A stretch of 64,000 bases of DNA from Chrysemys picta bellii (taxonomy: Eukaryota): contig NC_088796.1 of assembly GCF_011386835.1 (NCBI RefSeq), positions 101,804,001 to 101,868,000 of the forward strand, given 5' to 3'. Below the pieces are notes generated by a model. It saw nothing but the letters and a program-made list of their open reading frames with translations, ran no database searches and was not told where the DNA came from. This document shows, piece by piece, positions 35,465 through 48,449 of this stretch (positions are counted from its first letter, which is position 1; each line of letters opens with the position of its first letter). A program made the position numbers and the translations under genes.

Positions 35465-37550
35465 CCTGTTACCAGATTATTTTTTCCCCAGCACTTGTAG
35501 TTGTGGGTGTTTGGTAGAGTAGCTAGTTGTGATGAAATAGGCTGCTTTGGTAAAGGCTAATGAGATGTGTGAGAAAACTGCCTCCCCACCAGTCAGGTGC
35601 CAAGACGCCCTAAGCCCCGACAAATAATCTTGGTTTGGTCAAATTCTCCCCCTCCATCGATCAGGCTTGGGAGCACTTGTCTCACAAAGGGCATGAATCA
35701 ACCTTGTATGTGCCCACTGCTCCTGACAGTCAGGTTTGTAAGCACCTGGTGCTGTCTCCCTTTGTCTTCCCCTGCTGCCTGAAAAATCAAACTTGTGTGC
35801 TCATGGACTGCATGTTCCGCCCATAACCACCAGGTTTATGAGCACAGTGCATCAACATTTCAGTTGTAATGTAAATAGTGACTAAAAAATTACTCTCTGC
35901 CAAGTTTGGGTACATAGATAGTATTTTGAAGAACTATTGGTCAGTCATAGCACTGCCTATGACAAATTTCACCCTAAATCTGGAGATTTCGTATTAAAAA
36001 GTTATTAAGAGAAGTCAAATAAACACTACATTAAATATTCAAAGAGCATAAAAACAATATGAATTTTCACACTGAATGGCGATCTCCCTTTAGGAAAAAA
36101 ACAGCAATGTATGCCCCATTGGAAATCCCTTTTATCACCCTAACTTGGAGTTGCTAATAGGAGCCTCTGTTCATTCTTCACAGTCAACAGCTGGCACCAC
36201 TGCAGAAGCCTTTGCTTATCTTTATCTCCAGGGTTCTCAAACAGTTCATAATGTAGGCCTAATCTTAAAAATAGTGTTCTATGGACCATTTATCCTCCTA
36301 TTCAAGATCAGGTAGTATCTTCGTGACAGGTACACCAAATGCTTACAGAGAAAGGGAGTAGTAGGAACGTATGTATACAATTTGAGCTGTCTTTAAAAGA
36401 ATGTGGGAACTGTCAGTTCTCTGAAGACTACCATCCAGTACTCTATGTACCATCACCTATTCATGAATTTCAGTCTGGGACCTGCTGGTTTAGAGGCATG
36501 TACAGGGAGTGAACTCTTAATACAAATGCCTATCCTTTCTTATGGTGCAGGCTTTTTCAGTAGCTGTACCTATCAACAGTAGAAATTCTTTCCTGCCCAA
36601 GTCTTTTTTCCTTCATTCATTCTTGGGTGTAGTTAAAGCCTACAAGTTGTACTGATAAAACACAAGTACAGGGAAATAATGAGAGTAAAAATAGACTGTA
36701 TGAACAAGTCAAAGATTATAAACAGATTGGTTCATAAACTCCAAAATGTACCCCCTCTCTGGTGGAACACGGCAGTCATATTGAACCTGGGAGCCATACA
36801 AACTCTTCTTCAAAGTCTAACGTCCCCATTTTCTCTATAGTGCAGAGGAGAACCTCCTGACAATCATTCCACCACATTGTTTTTAAGCAGTGCTACGTGG
36901 AAGAATCTTTTAATCTACTTAAGAGCCATTTGATGTTATCCATCATCTATGACTTTAGGTCTTCCTGTGGGAAAGCCAGTCACAGGTGGATAAAAAAGAA
37001 GGAAATCACCACTACTTCATCCCCACTTAAGCTCTCCCTTATCATTCCACTAGCAGGCAAGAAGAAATAGTTGCCCCAGCTTTCACCATGGAAATAGATT
37101 ACCCGATGGCTTCTGCACAGAATACAAAATCTTTCCACACAGAGCACGTGAGTGTCTGCATCACTTCTAGGCCTTTGTCAGACCTCCCTTCTGGTCCCTA
37201 TCAGCATGGCTCCATCCTGCCAGGGCTGCCCCAGGCTGGAACAACGTGTGCTGGGGGTGTGAAGCTTCAAGTAATAAGAGCAACCAAAAGCATGGTCTCA
37301 TTCATACAGTGGGTTAGCCCATGATGATCTGGGGGCTTTGGTAAGTCTGCTTTCTCTGCTTTGCAGAGTGTCTTTCAAACATTTGAAGCTAAAATCTCAA
37401 AATTCTTATACAAGTGCAGGAAAACTTGGGAGTCTCTAATCAATTTAATATGCACATAAATGTTTTCATCATTTCTTCATGTGATTTTCATTTTTAATTT
37501 CAGTGAAAATAGTTTTCTTGTTGAATTAAAACACACTTCCCTGCCCTGAT

Positions 37551-37622
37551 GGAAACTCCAGCATAACAGTCTGTGCTAGGGCTTGAGATCCAGAAAATGA
37601 ACCGTGACTACAGGAAGTGAAG
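37551..37622 (+). promoter_or_regulatory. Distal kB-like + IRF-like module of gene B
   Basis: GGAAACTCC at 37551; GAAAATGAA and GGAAGTGAA downstream. Confidence 0.5.
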
Positions 37623-38439
37623 AGAATAAAACAAACTAGAAGAATTTCCCTGCCCAAGCGCAGGGGAAGGCAAATGTTCAAAGAGAAGGAACCAGCAAAA
37701 ATGGTGAACACTGAATTTCATTTTTAAAACATTATTTGAATTCTTTCATCCCAGGGACACACTTGGTAAAAAATACATAATGTGACTTCTCTGCATAACC
37801 TCCTTCTGACCACATTGTAAATCACAGTCATCCATGTGGGTACCTCTCTAGCATGTGTTACTATACTAATTGCTCATCCTGTTTTATGAATTATTCTCAA
37901 TTTTTCACTATTGTCAGTTACTTGGAGTGATTAACAGGACATGATAGTCACACCTTTCACTGGATCTATTACTCAGCTCCAGTATGTATATTAAGACCTG
38001 GAAATAACAATGATTTAAGGTTCCATTTCCTCAGCGCATTCTATCTCCTGTGGTTTCACAGAAGGAAGATACCGATGGTAAATGTGTCTTCTGAATCGGA
38101 GGAAATGGTTAAAGTTGGGGAGATTTGCCAATATTTTTGGGAGGCCTAACCCTTTCCTCCTGCATTTACTTCCTCCATGCCTAGAAAAATTTAAATATTC
38201 CTAATCTCTCAAAAGAAGGAGGTTATGAATGGGAGGTGCACTGGCTGATGAATTGGAGGTCTTTTCTATACCACTTTGGAATTGTGGATGATCTTCTTAA
38301 ATTATAGAAATTAATGTATGATAAAAAGCCTATATGTATGTGGATCCAACATGAGTTAACAGGGTTGTGTATTGTCATGGATGGTCACTTTCACACAGAA
38401 AAAAGAAGGAGGAAACATGGTAAAAGAACTAGAAAATAG

Positions 38440-38540
38440 CAAGAAAAACAGAAAGAAAAACTCTGAAACCTCCAAGAAGGAAAATCTTGTAAATAGAAAA
38501 TGATCAAAAACATTCTCCAACCAAATACTTAAATTCAGAG
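38440..38540 (+). promoter_or_regulatory. Proximal promoter of gene B
   Basis: GAAA-rich tract and TACTTAAATTCAGAGAC near 38525. Confidence 0.55.
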
Positions 38541-38633
38541 ACATACAGGAAAGACACAGCAGTCTACGTAGGAGCCTCAACAAACTCCAGGCTCAAGGTT
38601 CCACACAAAGAAAAGGAGTGTATAGACATCATC

Positions 38634-39209
38634 ATGACCACCAGGTGTTTGCTGCATGTTTGCCTTGTACTGCTCTTCTGCACTGAAATCTCATCTCGAC
38701 TCTGTACCATGCTTCACTTCCAGCAGAACAAAGTGAACAAAGAAAGCTTGGAGCTTCTGCAGAAAATGAGCGGAAATTTCCCCTCAAAATGCATAAATGA
38801 AAGGGCAGCTTTCAAGCCCACCCAGAATGTTGTTGAACTTTCAGTGTCCCAGAAGGAGAATGCCAAGGTGGCAATTCTAGAGATCCTCCAAGAGATCTTC
38901 AACATCTTTAGCAAAAACCTCACCCAAAGTGCCTGGGATGGGACTTCCATAGTCAGGTTCCAAAGTGGACTTTACCAGCAAATTCAGCGGCTGGAGACAT
39001 GTTTGAGAACACAGATGGAGAAGGAATTAACCAACCCAGAAAGTGAGGAACTCCAGCTCACCAGTCGAAGAGTGAAAAAATACTTTCAGGAGATAGATGC
39101 TTTCCTGAAAGAAAAACAATACAGCCTTTGTGCCTGGGAGATTATTCGTGTGGAAATACCCAGATGTTTTGTACTTATTGACAAACTCACTAGAAGGCTT
39201 AGTAACTAA
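38634..39209 (+). CDS. Type I interferon B (191 aa)
   Basis: Signal peptide, FPSKCINE and FLKEKQYSLCAWEIIRVEIPRCF; TAA followed by G|GTAC donor. Confidence 0.95.
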   Translation: MTTRCLLHVCLVLLFCTEISSRLCTMLHFQQNKVNKESLELLQKMSGNFPSKCINERAAFKPTQNVVELSVSQKENAKVAILEILQEIFNIFSKNLTQSAWDGTSIVRFQSGLYQQIQRLETCLRTQMEKELTNPESEELQLTSRRVKKYFQEIDAFLKEKQYSLCAWEIIRVEIPRCFVLIDKLTRRLSN

Positions 39210-39210
39210 G

Positions 39211-39841
39211 GTACAGTACAAATCTTTTCCTTGGAGTAAAAGAATTAATATTAGTATGAATCATACAGCTGAACAGAGATAGCGGATATTTTATAACTCT
39301 GCTTATATCGGGCCTGATCATCTTCTACAGGATCAGTGGCCAAATAGCAACTGATTTCCATGGCAGCAGCTTCCGGCTCTTCCCATCCTCTGGAAATGGA
39401 TTTGCAATTACATGGATTTCTTTTTCTGTGTTTCTACTTTTATTTAGGTTTGTGATTCTTCATAATCTCCCACATATCAGGTGCTGTTATGCACTACTTA
39501 ATTGGCAGTCCATGCAACAAAGTACATATATTTCGAATCCTTAGCCACCTCACCAGTATTTTGGTCATCAAATAATGATACTTCCCCTCCACCCGCAAGG
39601 TACTCTGACTTCTACATATGTAGTGTGTTTCTATTATGGTCATGGTTGCTATTTATTAATCTGTCCTCATCATATACCACAGCTTGCAAAGTTTCCTAGG
39701 GACATTTATAAAATATATTAACTGAGCATAAGACTTGTGAGATTATGAGTAGAAAGTTATTTTCATTTAATGTATTGAGATTAATACAATGGAAAATTAA
39801 TTTTTCCCTTTGTGTTTCAACCAAATTTCATTTCATTCCAG
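39211..39841 (+). other. 3'-UTR intron of gene B (631 bp)
   Basis: Donor after the stop; acceptor TTTCATTTCATTCCAG; the following exon is homologous to A exon 2. Confidence 0.75.
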
Positions 39842-40144
39842 GTGAGGATGCAGCGACTACAGAGGTTAAAACAGTTGGATGAAATTGTACCATGTAGTGG
39901 ATTCCCTCCTCTCTACTGATTCTTCCCACAGTGACTTCTAAGACTCCATAATGCTTGATCTTCTATTATGCAATACGCTCACTTCATAATGAAATTCCAA
40001 CTGCCCATATTACAATTTATGTGATAATACTCTGTTGATTTACTCAAAGTTTAAATTGCAAAATGAAGGATATCGATGCAAAAAAATTACAAGAAAATTA
40101 AAGGGTTAGACCTTAAACATTGTTGACATTATGGGTTTGCTATA

Positions 40145-40650
40145 TAGTTCTGTGGTTCAACTCTTCTCTGATCAAATCTCATCTCTGAACTGTAACATGC
40201 AGCTTAACCACAGTATAACAGCATAACAAATGTGAACTGGAAAAACATTCAACGAAAAAAGATGTGCATAGTTTTCCTCTAAGTCAAGCCCCGAGTGTCC
40301 CTGAAGGGGTATGGCAAGGTGGCAATCCAGGAAATCTTCCAACATATTTCCAGCTGCTTTTGCAAAAATCTCTCCAAAACTACCTGAGGTGAGAGTTCCA
40401 TTCAGATATTCCAACATAGACTCATCAGCAAGTTGGGCATCTGGAGACATGTTTGGTTGCAGTGATGGAAAATGGGACACTCTGACCAGGAGGTAAGGAC
40501 CTACAGTTTCCCAGGTTGAAAGTGAAGAGATACCAATTATTTCATAAAAGACTAGCAGTTCAGCCTCAGGGCTAGCAGGAGAATCCATGTGGAATTATGG
40601 AGTTTTCAAATATAGGACAAACTCACAAAGAAGTTTAAGAAATTTAAATA
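40145..40650 (+). pseudogene. Ghost IFN relic G7, near full length
   Basis: Paralog of G3 without the LTR; VAIQEIFQ, HLETCL, LKVKRY, DKLTKK. Confidence 0.8.
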
Positions 40651-41817
40651 CCAACATTTTTAGAAGTACTAACCGAAATCAAGTAATATTTTATACATGA
40701 TTTAAAATGAGATGTTTGGAATTTTAAAAGCTGTTGTTACTATTTATTCTATCTGTGCACTATGAAAATATTTTCAGATCATTTTATGATATTTGTAACA
40801 GGATATTTATGTCAGTCTATTATTTATTTATTGTTCCTATTTATGTATTTATCATAGACATTTGTTACTTATTAATAAATAATTATTTTATATAAAATGG
40901 CAACCTATAGTAGTAATGATTTGAATTAAATACCTATTGTACCAAAAAGGAGAATAAAAAAAGAAAACCCTGTAATTGTACAACCTTAAAACCCCAATTC
41001 CAGAGATTACTTTTGCACGTGACTAACTTAAAGTATGTGAGCCATCCCACTGATGTTAGTGCTTCCAGTTAGGAACATGTTTAAATACATTGATGAATCA
41101 GTGTCCCAGTTCGCAGTAATTCCATATTAAAAATAATTGTTACAGAATGATAATTAGCCTTTCCATCCAAACAGACCACACCTGAATACCTGAACTTTGC
41201 CACCTTTTACTATTCTATTTTTTACCAGGTTATTTCCCCCTCAAAAAAACTTGTCAATTTGGATGTTTGGTGTAGTAGACGGTTGTGTTGGAAGAGGCTA
41301 GATTGGTGCTCTTTCCCTCAGTAAGCAAGATAGCATGCACCCCTTAACACACACCAATTGTTAGTTTGTAATTAGCCTGCCCATACCTCATCAATTATCT
41401 GCATTCACATAACCTCTCCCCCAACCAAAATCAAGTCAGGTTTGTAAGTATCCAGCACCTACCCACAATACATTTACTAGCACTGCCCCCAATATTAAGT
41501 CTGTGCTCTCATGCACTCTTATCAGGTTAGTGGCCCACTGCTTGATCTCATTACCTCTGTGTGCGCCCAGGCTAAATTCATTCTTGGGTGTACACCACAA
41601 ACAAAATTACATGTGAAAAATAACAGCAGGAATAGGCCATTTTGTATTAGGACTATCAAAGTTTCTCATTGTCACCTCTAAAACGCAGCTCCCCATTTGG
41701 TGGAATACGTCAGTCAGAAACTACCCAGGAAGAATACGGAATTCTTCTGAAAAAGTCTAACAACCCCAAACCTATTCAGCTCTGGGGGGAAATTATTCCC
41801 CTTCATTCCATCACACC

Positions 41818-42409
41818 CAGAGCCGGCTCCAGGCACCAGCCGAGCAAGCTCATGCTTGGAGCGGCAGATTCTAAGGGGCAGCATTCCGGCCGGCCTTTTT
41901 CTTTTTCTTTTTCTTTTTGGTTTGCCGCTCCGGCCACACTGTAGGGGGTGGCAGTGCAGAGGAGGGGTGCACCCTGCAGCAAACTCAGCAGGGCAGCCCG
42001 CATCCTTCCCTCCCAGCCGACCGGAGAGGCGCAGAGCCCTCCCAGCAGGCAGCACAGTGGGAGGGGCCGTGTGGCGAGCGCCCCGCTGAAGCCCTGGCTG
42101 CCCCCCTTCTCTCCGTCCCCCCTGCTAGACCGGGCGCGCACTCCGCTGCACGTCTGCAGAACAGGGAGTCCCCTGCGCCCTGGCTCCAGCTGCCCTGCAG
42201 GTTGTTGGGGTTTTTTTTGCATTGCTTTGCCGCTCCAGCCGCCCTGCAGGTGGTTTTTTCTTTTTGGTGTGTGTGCGTGTTTGTGTGTGCTTCGCCGCTC
42301 TAGCCGCCCTGCGGGATTTTTTTGTTTGTTTTTTCTCCCCTGCTTCACCACTCCGGCCCCCCCACAGTTTTTTTTGCTTGGAGCGGCAAAAAAGCCAGAG
42401 CTGGCCCTG
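41818..42409. mobile_element. hAT-type MITE (592 bp)
   Basis: TIRs CAGAGCCGGCTC/GAGCTGGCCCTG; perfect 8-bp TSD ATCACACC; empty site near 14970. Confidence 0.85.
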
Positions 42410-42429
42410 ATCACACCTTTAATAAAAAA

Positions 42430-42845
42430 GGGGGAATGCTGAACGCAGTGTTCAGTTGAGCTCTTTGACAATATCACCCGTATCATAAGGAGCAGCCATG
42501 CCTTTGAGGAATCCCAGCTCACACTTCTTAAAAGTGAGGAAAAAATTGTAAATATCTCCCTCAGAGATTCTCCCACAGCCTTCCACTCATGGGCAGGAAG
42601 GAGGGGCGGGTTGTCCGTAGAGTTCCTCATGGAAGTGGCTGTCGTTCCATCTCCAGACTCAGCAGATTCTGTGGTTTCTGCACTGATCAAAAAGGTCTCT
42701 CCAGACACAGAGATCCGCAACATCTGTCTCAGCTCTGGTCCCATTAGATTCCCTGCCCCAGTCTTTTCAAGTAGTATTTTTCAGGGCTGTTCCAGGCTGC
42801 ATGCAGTTGCCTTAGACAACATTTTAAAGAGTCATTTTGGGGCAG
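42430..42845 (-). pseudogene. Antisense IFN-like relic R3 (best preserved)
   Basis: LREIFTIFSSLLRSVSWDSS (42564-42505) matches LQEIFTIFSKNLTQTAWDRS of the 53112 copy at 12/20 positions, ungapped. Confidence 0.65.
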
Positions 42846-42852
42846 CTAGGAT

Positions 42853-42975
42853 TAGGGTGACCAGCTGTCTCAATTTATTAGGGGCAGTCCCGATAATTGG
42901 GGCTTTATCTTATATAGGCGCCTATTACCCCCCAATCATGCCCTGATTTTTCACACCTGCTGTCTGGTCACCCGA
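42853..42975. mobile_element. MITE, TAGGGTGACC TIR family
   Basis: TIRs TAGGGTGACCAG/CTGGTCACCCGA; TSD GCTAGGAT/GCTGGGAT. Confidence 0.8.
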
Positions 42976-42995
42976 GCTGGGATATCAGCTGGGAA

Positions 42996-43465
42996 TAGGG
43001 TGACCAGATGACAGGAAGAAAATATCGGGACACAAGGGGGGGGGGGGTCACTGGCGGAGCAAAAAAAACCAAAAAACCGAGTGCTGCCGGTGTAAGGACA
43101 CAAACAGCTCCCTCTCCCAATTCCCTACTGTGACCCAGTGCTGCCGGCAGTGGGGGCGGGAGCTGAGAACAGCCCAGGGCTGCGGGCAGTCAGAGGAGAT
43201 TATGCTTACCCTTCCTTAGGTATGCATACCTTCAGCCTCTGGTTTTTAGGAGCGGGGGGAAAAAAAACCAACAGAGAACAGCTGAGTGCTGCCGGCAGTC
43301 AGAGGAGAAGAAAAAAAAAAAAGCCGAGAACAGCTGAGTGCTGCCGGCAGAGGGAAAAAAAAAAAAAGCGGAGTGCAGCGTCCCGACCGAAGATCAATCG
43401 GGACGCGGGACAAATACCTAAATATCGGGACGATCCCGATTTTATCGGGACGTCTGGTCACCCTA
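42996..43465. mobile_element. MITE, TAGGGTGACC TIR family
   Basis: TIRs TAGGGTGACCAG/CTGGTCACCCTA; perfect TSD GCTGGGAA. Confidence 0.85.
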
Positions 43466-43650
43466 GCTGGGAAGTCTCTGACGCTTGGGTTGGGCTTCCT
43501 CAGCTAGGGGAAGTATGCAACTCATGCCTGGTTGGTGTGGTGCCCTGTCGCCCTCTAGTGGCACCTGAACCAGCTAGAGATTGAGGAGTCTGCTACAGCT
43601 TTGGCTTAAGAGGCATGTGGCTTTCAGCTCCTACAGTCGAGGCTCATACA

Positions 43651-44082
43651 TGTGGAAGCAGAGAAAAGAACTGACAGAAAGGAACTGCAATGACAGTTCG
43701 TTAGCAAGAGTCAGGCTAACTGTAACCCTGATAACGCGAGATTTGTAGAAGCGAGGAATGTGTGAGGCGGGTGAGAAAGAACTGTGTAAGAAGTCATTAT
43801 GACCTGGTATGTATAGATAAGGTGTAGAAGACCTTGTGTAGATAAGGTATAGAAAATATTGTATGTTGGCAAGAGTCAAAACAATTTAGAAAATGAGATA
43901 TCAAGGAGACAAAATGCAGCTGTCCCTCATTATTTCTGTAATGAAAGGTATAAATGCTTACTGTAATTAGTTACCTGGGAGAGATCTGCTTAGCTCTCTC
44001 CTCTGCACAATTGTGAGAGTTAATAAAGCATCTGACTTGCTGTACCTAAACAAAAGAGTGAGAACTCCGTTTTTCTCCGACA
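43651..44082 (+). mobile_element. Solo LTR (432 bp, ERV-like)
   Basis: TG...CA termini, 4-bp TSD TACA, TATAAA near 43948 and AATAAA near 44022; splits a tRNA-like unit. Confidence 0.8.
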
Positions 44083-45750
44083 TACACTAAGGTTTAAATG
44101 TCCCAGGTTCAATCCTGCCTGCTGACAACTGGGATCTGTCGGCGTTATAAGTGGGGGCTCGTCCGAGATGTCAACTGGGAAGTCTTAGAAGCTCAGAATG
44201 TGCTTTAACATGTCCTCTCCCAGAAGTACACCCAGCGGTGTTTATCTTTTCCAGGGGCCATGTAATAAGTGTAGATTATAATACCCAGACACTTTGCACG
44301 GGATTCAAACACACTATTGCTATTTACTTCATCACGCAGAAAATACACAGATTGGAACAAAAATTGTAAACCCTATACGCAAGTCCCTGCCTCAGTTTCT
44401 TCAACACAGCAGGCCATTCTATGGGTCTGGATCAGGGTCACTTGGGGACAGCCAACATCCTTCTCTTGCAGTGCATCACTTATATGCACAAAAACAGAGC
44501 CTTCTCCCCCAGCTCAGATAACCTGGCCTTGGCCAGTTCATCCCCTTCCTTCCTCTTGCCCAAATGTCCTGTGGTCTTCCCCCAGTGATTTCTTTTAGAA
44601 CCTTTTGTTTGTGTCATCTGTCTCTTTGTCGGCCTTCAGTAGCTTTCCACTCCTAACCCTCATTCTCCTTAACACCAACTTGGCCAAACTGGTTTCCCAA
44701 CTCGGGCACCCTACTTAGCGTAACGATGCTGTCATCAGAACACAGATTTAAAGTTAAGTGTCCCACATTGTCCTCAGCCTAATGAGTACCTGCTGTAGGT
44801 CCTGTCCAACAGGATGGATACACATAGAAAGAGGTTTCCTATGATTAGGAAATTTCATAACAACAACAACTTCATAATATCAACTAGAATTCACACATCT
44901 TACAGACAGACACCCCCCCTCCCCCCGACACACACACACACAAATCAAGCCATATGAATCAGTCTTGTGTACACTCAAGTCAGCAATTCTATCCCTCAAT
45001 TTTCTGACCAACTGGTGCCACCCCTCCACATCAGGCTTGTGTGTTCCTTGCCATCAACAACCAGTTTGGTGTACAGAATGTGTTCAACTTTCAGTTATAA
45101 CATCAACAATGCCTAAAAATTACCTAAACCCAACATTTAAAATTCTAGTAATAAATCTGCAGGTTGCATCAGATCTAGTGAGGATCCACTTCTCTACCAA
45201 GTTTGGTGTACGTGGATAGTAGTTCTGAAGAGCTATCAGTCAACAGTAGCACTCCAACAACATATTTCTGCTCCAGCCTAAACATTTGAGACTTATTAAA
45301 CATTTATGAAAACAGGTGAATGGCTGGTATAAATATGCTGCAAGACTATGTGCCTTTACTTCCATTGCTTTCTTATTTTAGCTTTTCTTGTTAAGATTCA
45401 GATTTTAAAATTTCTCTCTTTCATATAAATATTATCTCCTGAAGCTTCAACTTGCCAGGAAATGCACACAGAGAACTCCCACTAGAGTGAATGCAAGATT
45501 GGGGTGCAGAGCCTCTGGTATGATTGGGTCCCTTTAAAGTGACACTGCATTCTTTAAAGTGACACTTCAAAATAGTTTAGGCAAAACTCTAGATTATGAT
45601 TAAAGAAAGCGCTTTAGGTGATGGGGGAGGGAGATGTAAAAGAAATGACATGAACAGATATGTTTATGTTTTCTTCTTTTCCTTTTTAAAAATTAATATG
45701 AAAAAATTCCTTTTAATTTTTTGGGTTGAAAACCATTCCCCTTCACTGAT

Positions 45751-45805
45751 GGAAACTCCAACATGACAGCCTAGTGCTACAGTATGAAAAACAGGAAGTG
45801 AAATG
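45751..45805 (+). promoter_or_regulatory. Distal kB-like + IRF module of A4
   Basis: GGAAACTCC at 45751 and GGAAGTGAAA near 45795. Confidence 0.5.
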
Positions 45806-46790
45806 CTAGAGGATGCAAACTTCATTCATCAGACCACTTGAATTGCAATGTCCAAGCTCAGTGAAATGCACATTAAAAAAAGAATAAAGCTTGAATGGTG
45901 AAAAGACAAACACATTTGAAAGTGACATTCATTTATGTCAGTCGCTCTGACATATTTATTACCAACCACACAATCTTTTTGTACAACTCCCTTCCATGTC
46001 ACTACAGTACATCACTGGGAACTACTCAGAAGTGCCCGAGAAGACAGCATGTTCATATCCTTCAACTGTACCTGTTCCTTGGGCTTTTCACAGCTGGTAT
46101 CAGGTTCTTAAGTAAACCTCCCAGTTTCTCTGTGCCCTCTGTCCATCCTCTGGTATTCCCTACACACATGGGTTTTCCTCTCTCAGATTTCAAATGGCCA
46201 GGAAATTGTGTGAGATTAATAGAGAATTGTCTGGCCCCAATCTCTCATAGGAATTTTTTCCATGCTTATCACATTTTAAGAGGTCCCTATAATATTAGGT
46301 TGGAAGGAAGAAATGAGGCAGCCAGAGCATAGCAGGGTTTTCTGATTTTGAGTGTGACACCAGAGAGGGAAAGTTTTCCATCTGCTGGCAAAGTGAAGGA
46401 ACAGCAGCTTTATACATCACTTCACTGCTGTTATCTGCAGAGTCTAGCAAAAAGAAGCTCTGCAGTAATTTCTCCCTCCCCCCCATCTGCCAAAATTAAT
46501 TGTTATCACTTAAAAGCATCGATAGTCTTACTGCTGTAACAGACATTCAGACCTAACAGTGCTAACTACAGGAATTTGGGAGTAGACAGACAGGTCCCTA
46601 CTCTAACCTGTAACTGGATGACACTGTTAATCATCAGTCTTCTTACCCTTTACATTTTCTTTATCTAAGAGGGCTGCGGGGGGAGGGGAGCGCTAAGGAA
46701 AGAAATGTAGGGATTTTTTAATATTAACAAAGGTAATGACTGTGGTTTGGTTCTTCTAATGACTTGTTCGCTTCCACTAAATAAAAAGAA

Positions 46791-46880
46791 GAAAACTGAA
46801 AGTGAAAACCTCAAGCAGGAAAAACCTTGAAAAGTAGAAAGTGATGAAAGCAAAATCTTTTCCTACAGAATACTTAAATT
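46791..46880 (+). promoter_or_regulatory. Proximal IFN promoter of A4
   Basis: GAAAACTGAAAGTGAAA at 46791, GAAAAGTAGAAAGTG and TACTTAAAT. Confidence 0.75.
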
Positions 46881-46978
46881 CAGAGACATGGGTCAAAAAC
46901 ACAAAAGTCTACGAAAGACCTTGAACAGGCACCAGTTGCTCAAGTTCTACACAAACACAGGGAATCTAAGACATCATC

Positions 46979-47552
46979 ATGATCAGCAGGAGTTTGCTGC
47001 AATTTTGCCTCATGCTGCTCTTTTCCAGTGAAATCTCATGTCTGGACTGTAACAGGATTTATGTTCTACAAACCAGAATGAACAGTGAGAGTTTAGAGCA
47101 TCTGGAGAAAATGGGTGGAAACTTTCCCTTTCAATGTCTAAATGAAAGGACAGCTTTCAAGCCCAGAGATATCCTCAAGATCCGACTGTCCCAGCAAGAG
47201 AATGCCAAGGTAGCCATCCAACAGATCCTCCAAGAGCTCTTCCATATCTTTAACAACAATCTCACCCAAGCTGCCTGGAATGGGACTTCCATAAAGGAAT
47301 TCCAAAATGGTCTTCACCAGCAGATTGAGAAGCTGGGGACGTGTTTGAGTGCTGAGAAAGGAAAGGAGATAACCTACCCAGGAAATGAGAACCTCCTGCT
47401 CACCAGCCTCAAACTGAAGAGATACTTCCAAATAATAGACGATTTCCTGAAAGAAAAGAAATACAGCCAGTGTGCCTGGGAGATTATCCGTGCAGAAATA
47501 TCCAGATGTTTTCTAATTCTTGATGTACTGACAGATCGGCTTAAAAATGAAG
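46979..47552 (+). CDS. Type I interferon A4, exon 1; 205 aa if spliced
   Basis: IFN motifs; donor GAAG|GTAC at 47552/47553. Confidence 0.93.
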
Positions 47553-48144
47553 GTACCATATTTGCATTTTTCTAGGGAAACTAAATCGTATTGTTTCAAT
47601 AAAACAACTGAAGAGAGATGGATGGTAGTTTTATAACTTGTATTACGTAGGTCCCAATCTTTCTTCCATAGTAATTTCAGCTATTTCAAACACATGTTAA
47701 TAAAACTGTTTTAGAGTAGCATATAGTTTAGTGCTTTCATACCACACACGCAATATTCCATGTGAAAAACATAGAAATACATCATAACTGCTAACTAAAA
47801 AAGAACAGCGAGATGCCTCCCTCCAACAACTGCCTAATAAAACAACATTCCAGTCACGACCACCAGAAAACGGAGGGTCTGTGTCCACACACTTCAATCC
47901 CTCCATCGAATTCTGCCAGTTAACACTGCACATAGGATGGTCAAGGGTACTTATTCTGTTTTGGTTTTTTTTGTTCGGTTTACCCCTACATTTCAAGAGT
48001 TTTAGTAAAAGAAAATTGTCACAAGATCATAAGTGCATTAAGGCTCAAGGTTTATGATTTGACATCTGGTTAGAAAAACAGGAACTATATTTGACATTTG
48101 AAACTGTGTATGTATGTTTGAATCATTCTCCTTTTTTATTCCAG

Positions 48145-48188
48145 CATGTGATACTTCAGGTAATGATATTATGAAAACTGCTGAGTGA
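48145..48188 (+). CDS. A4 exon 2 coding part (ACDTSGNDIMKTAE*)
   Basis: Acceptor CTCCTTTTTTATTCCAG ends at 48144; same-length frame as A1. Confidence 0.7.
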
Positions 48189-48449
48189 AACTGCACCTCC
48201 ACTGGAGTCCTTTGTCTCTAAGTTGATTCTACAAGCAGTACCTTTCTAGACTCTTATCAGTCCACCCTGCATTAAACAAGGGACCAACTCTTACAGAACT
48301 CCAATTGCACAATTTATATACTTCTTGCCATTAACAGATTGATTTACTCACATGAGAAAATGTAAAACAAAAGATATTGCTGAAAATATGCCAGAAGACA
48401 AGGTAATATTTGAACCGAATGAGAAAAACCTTACGATTTCCAAATCATT

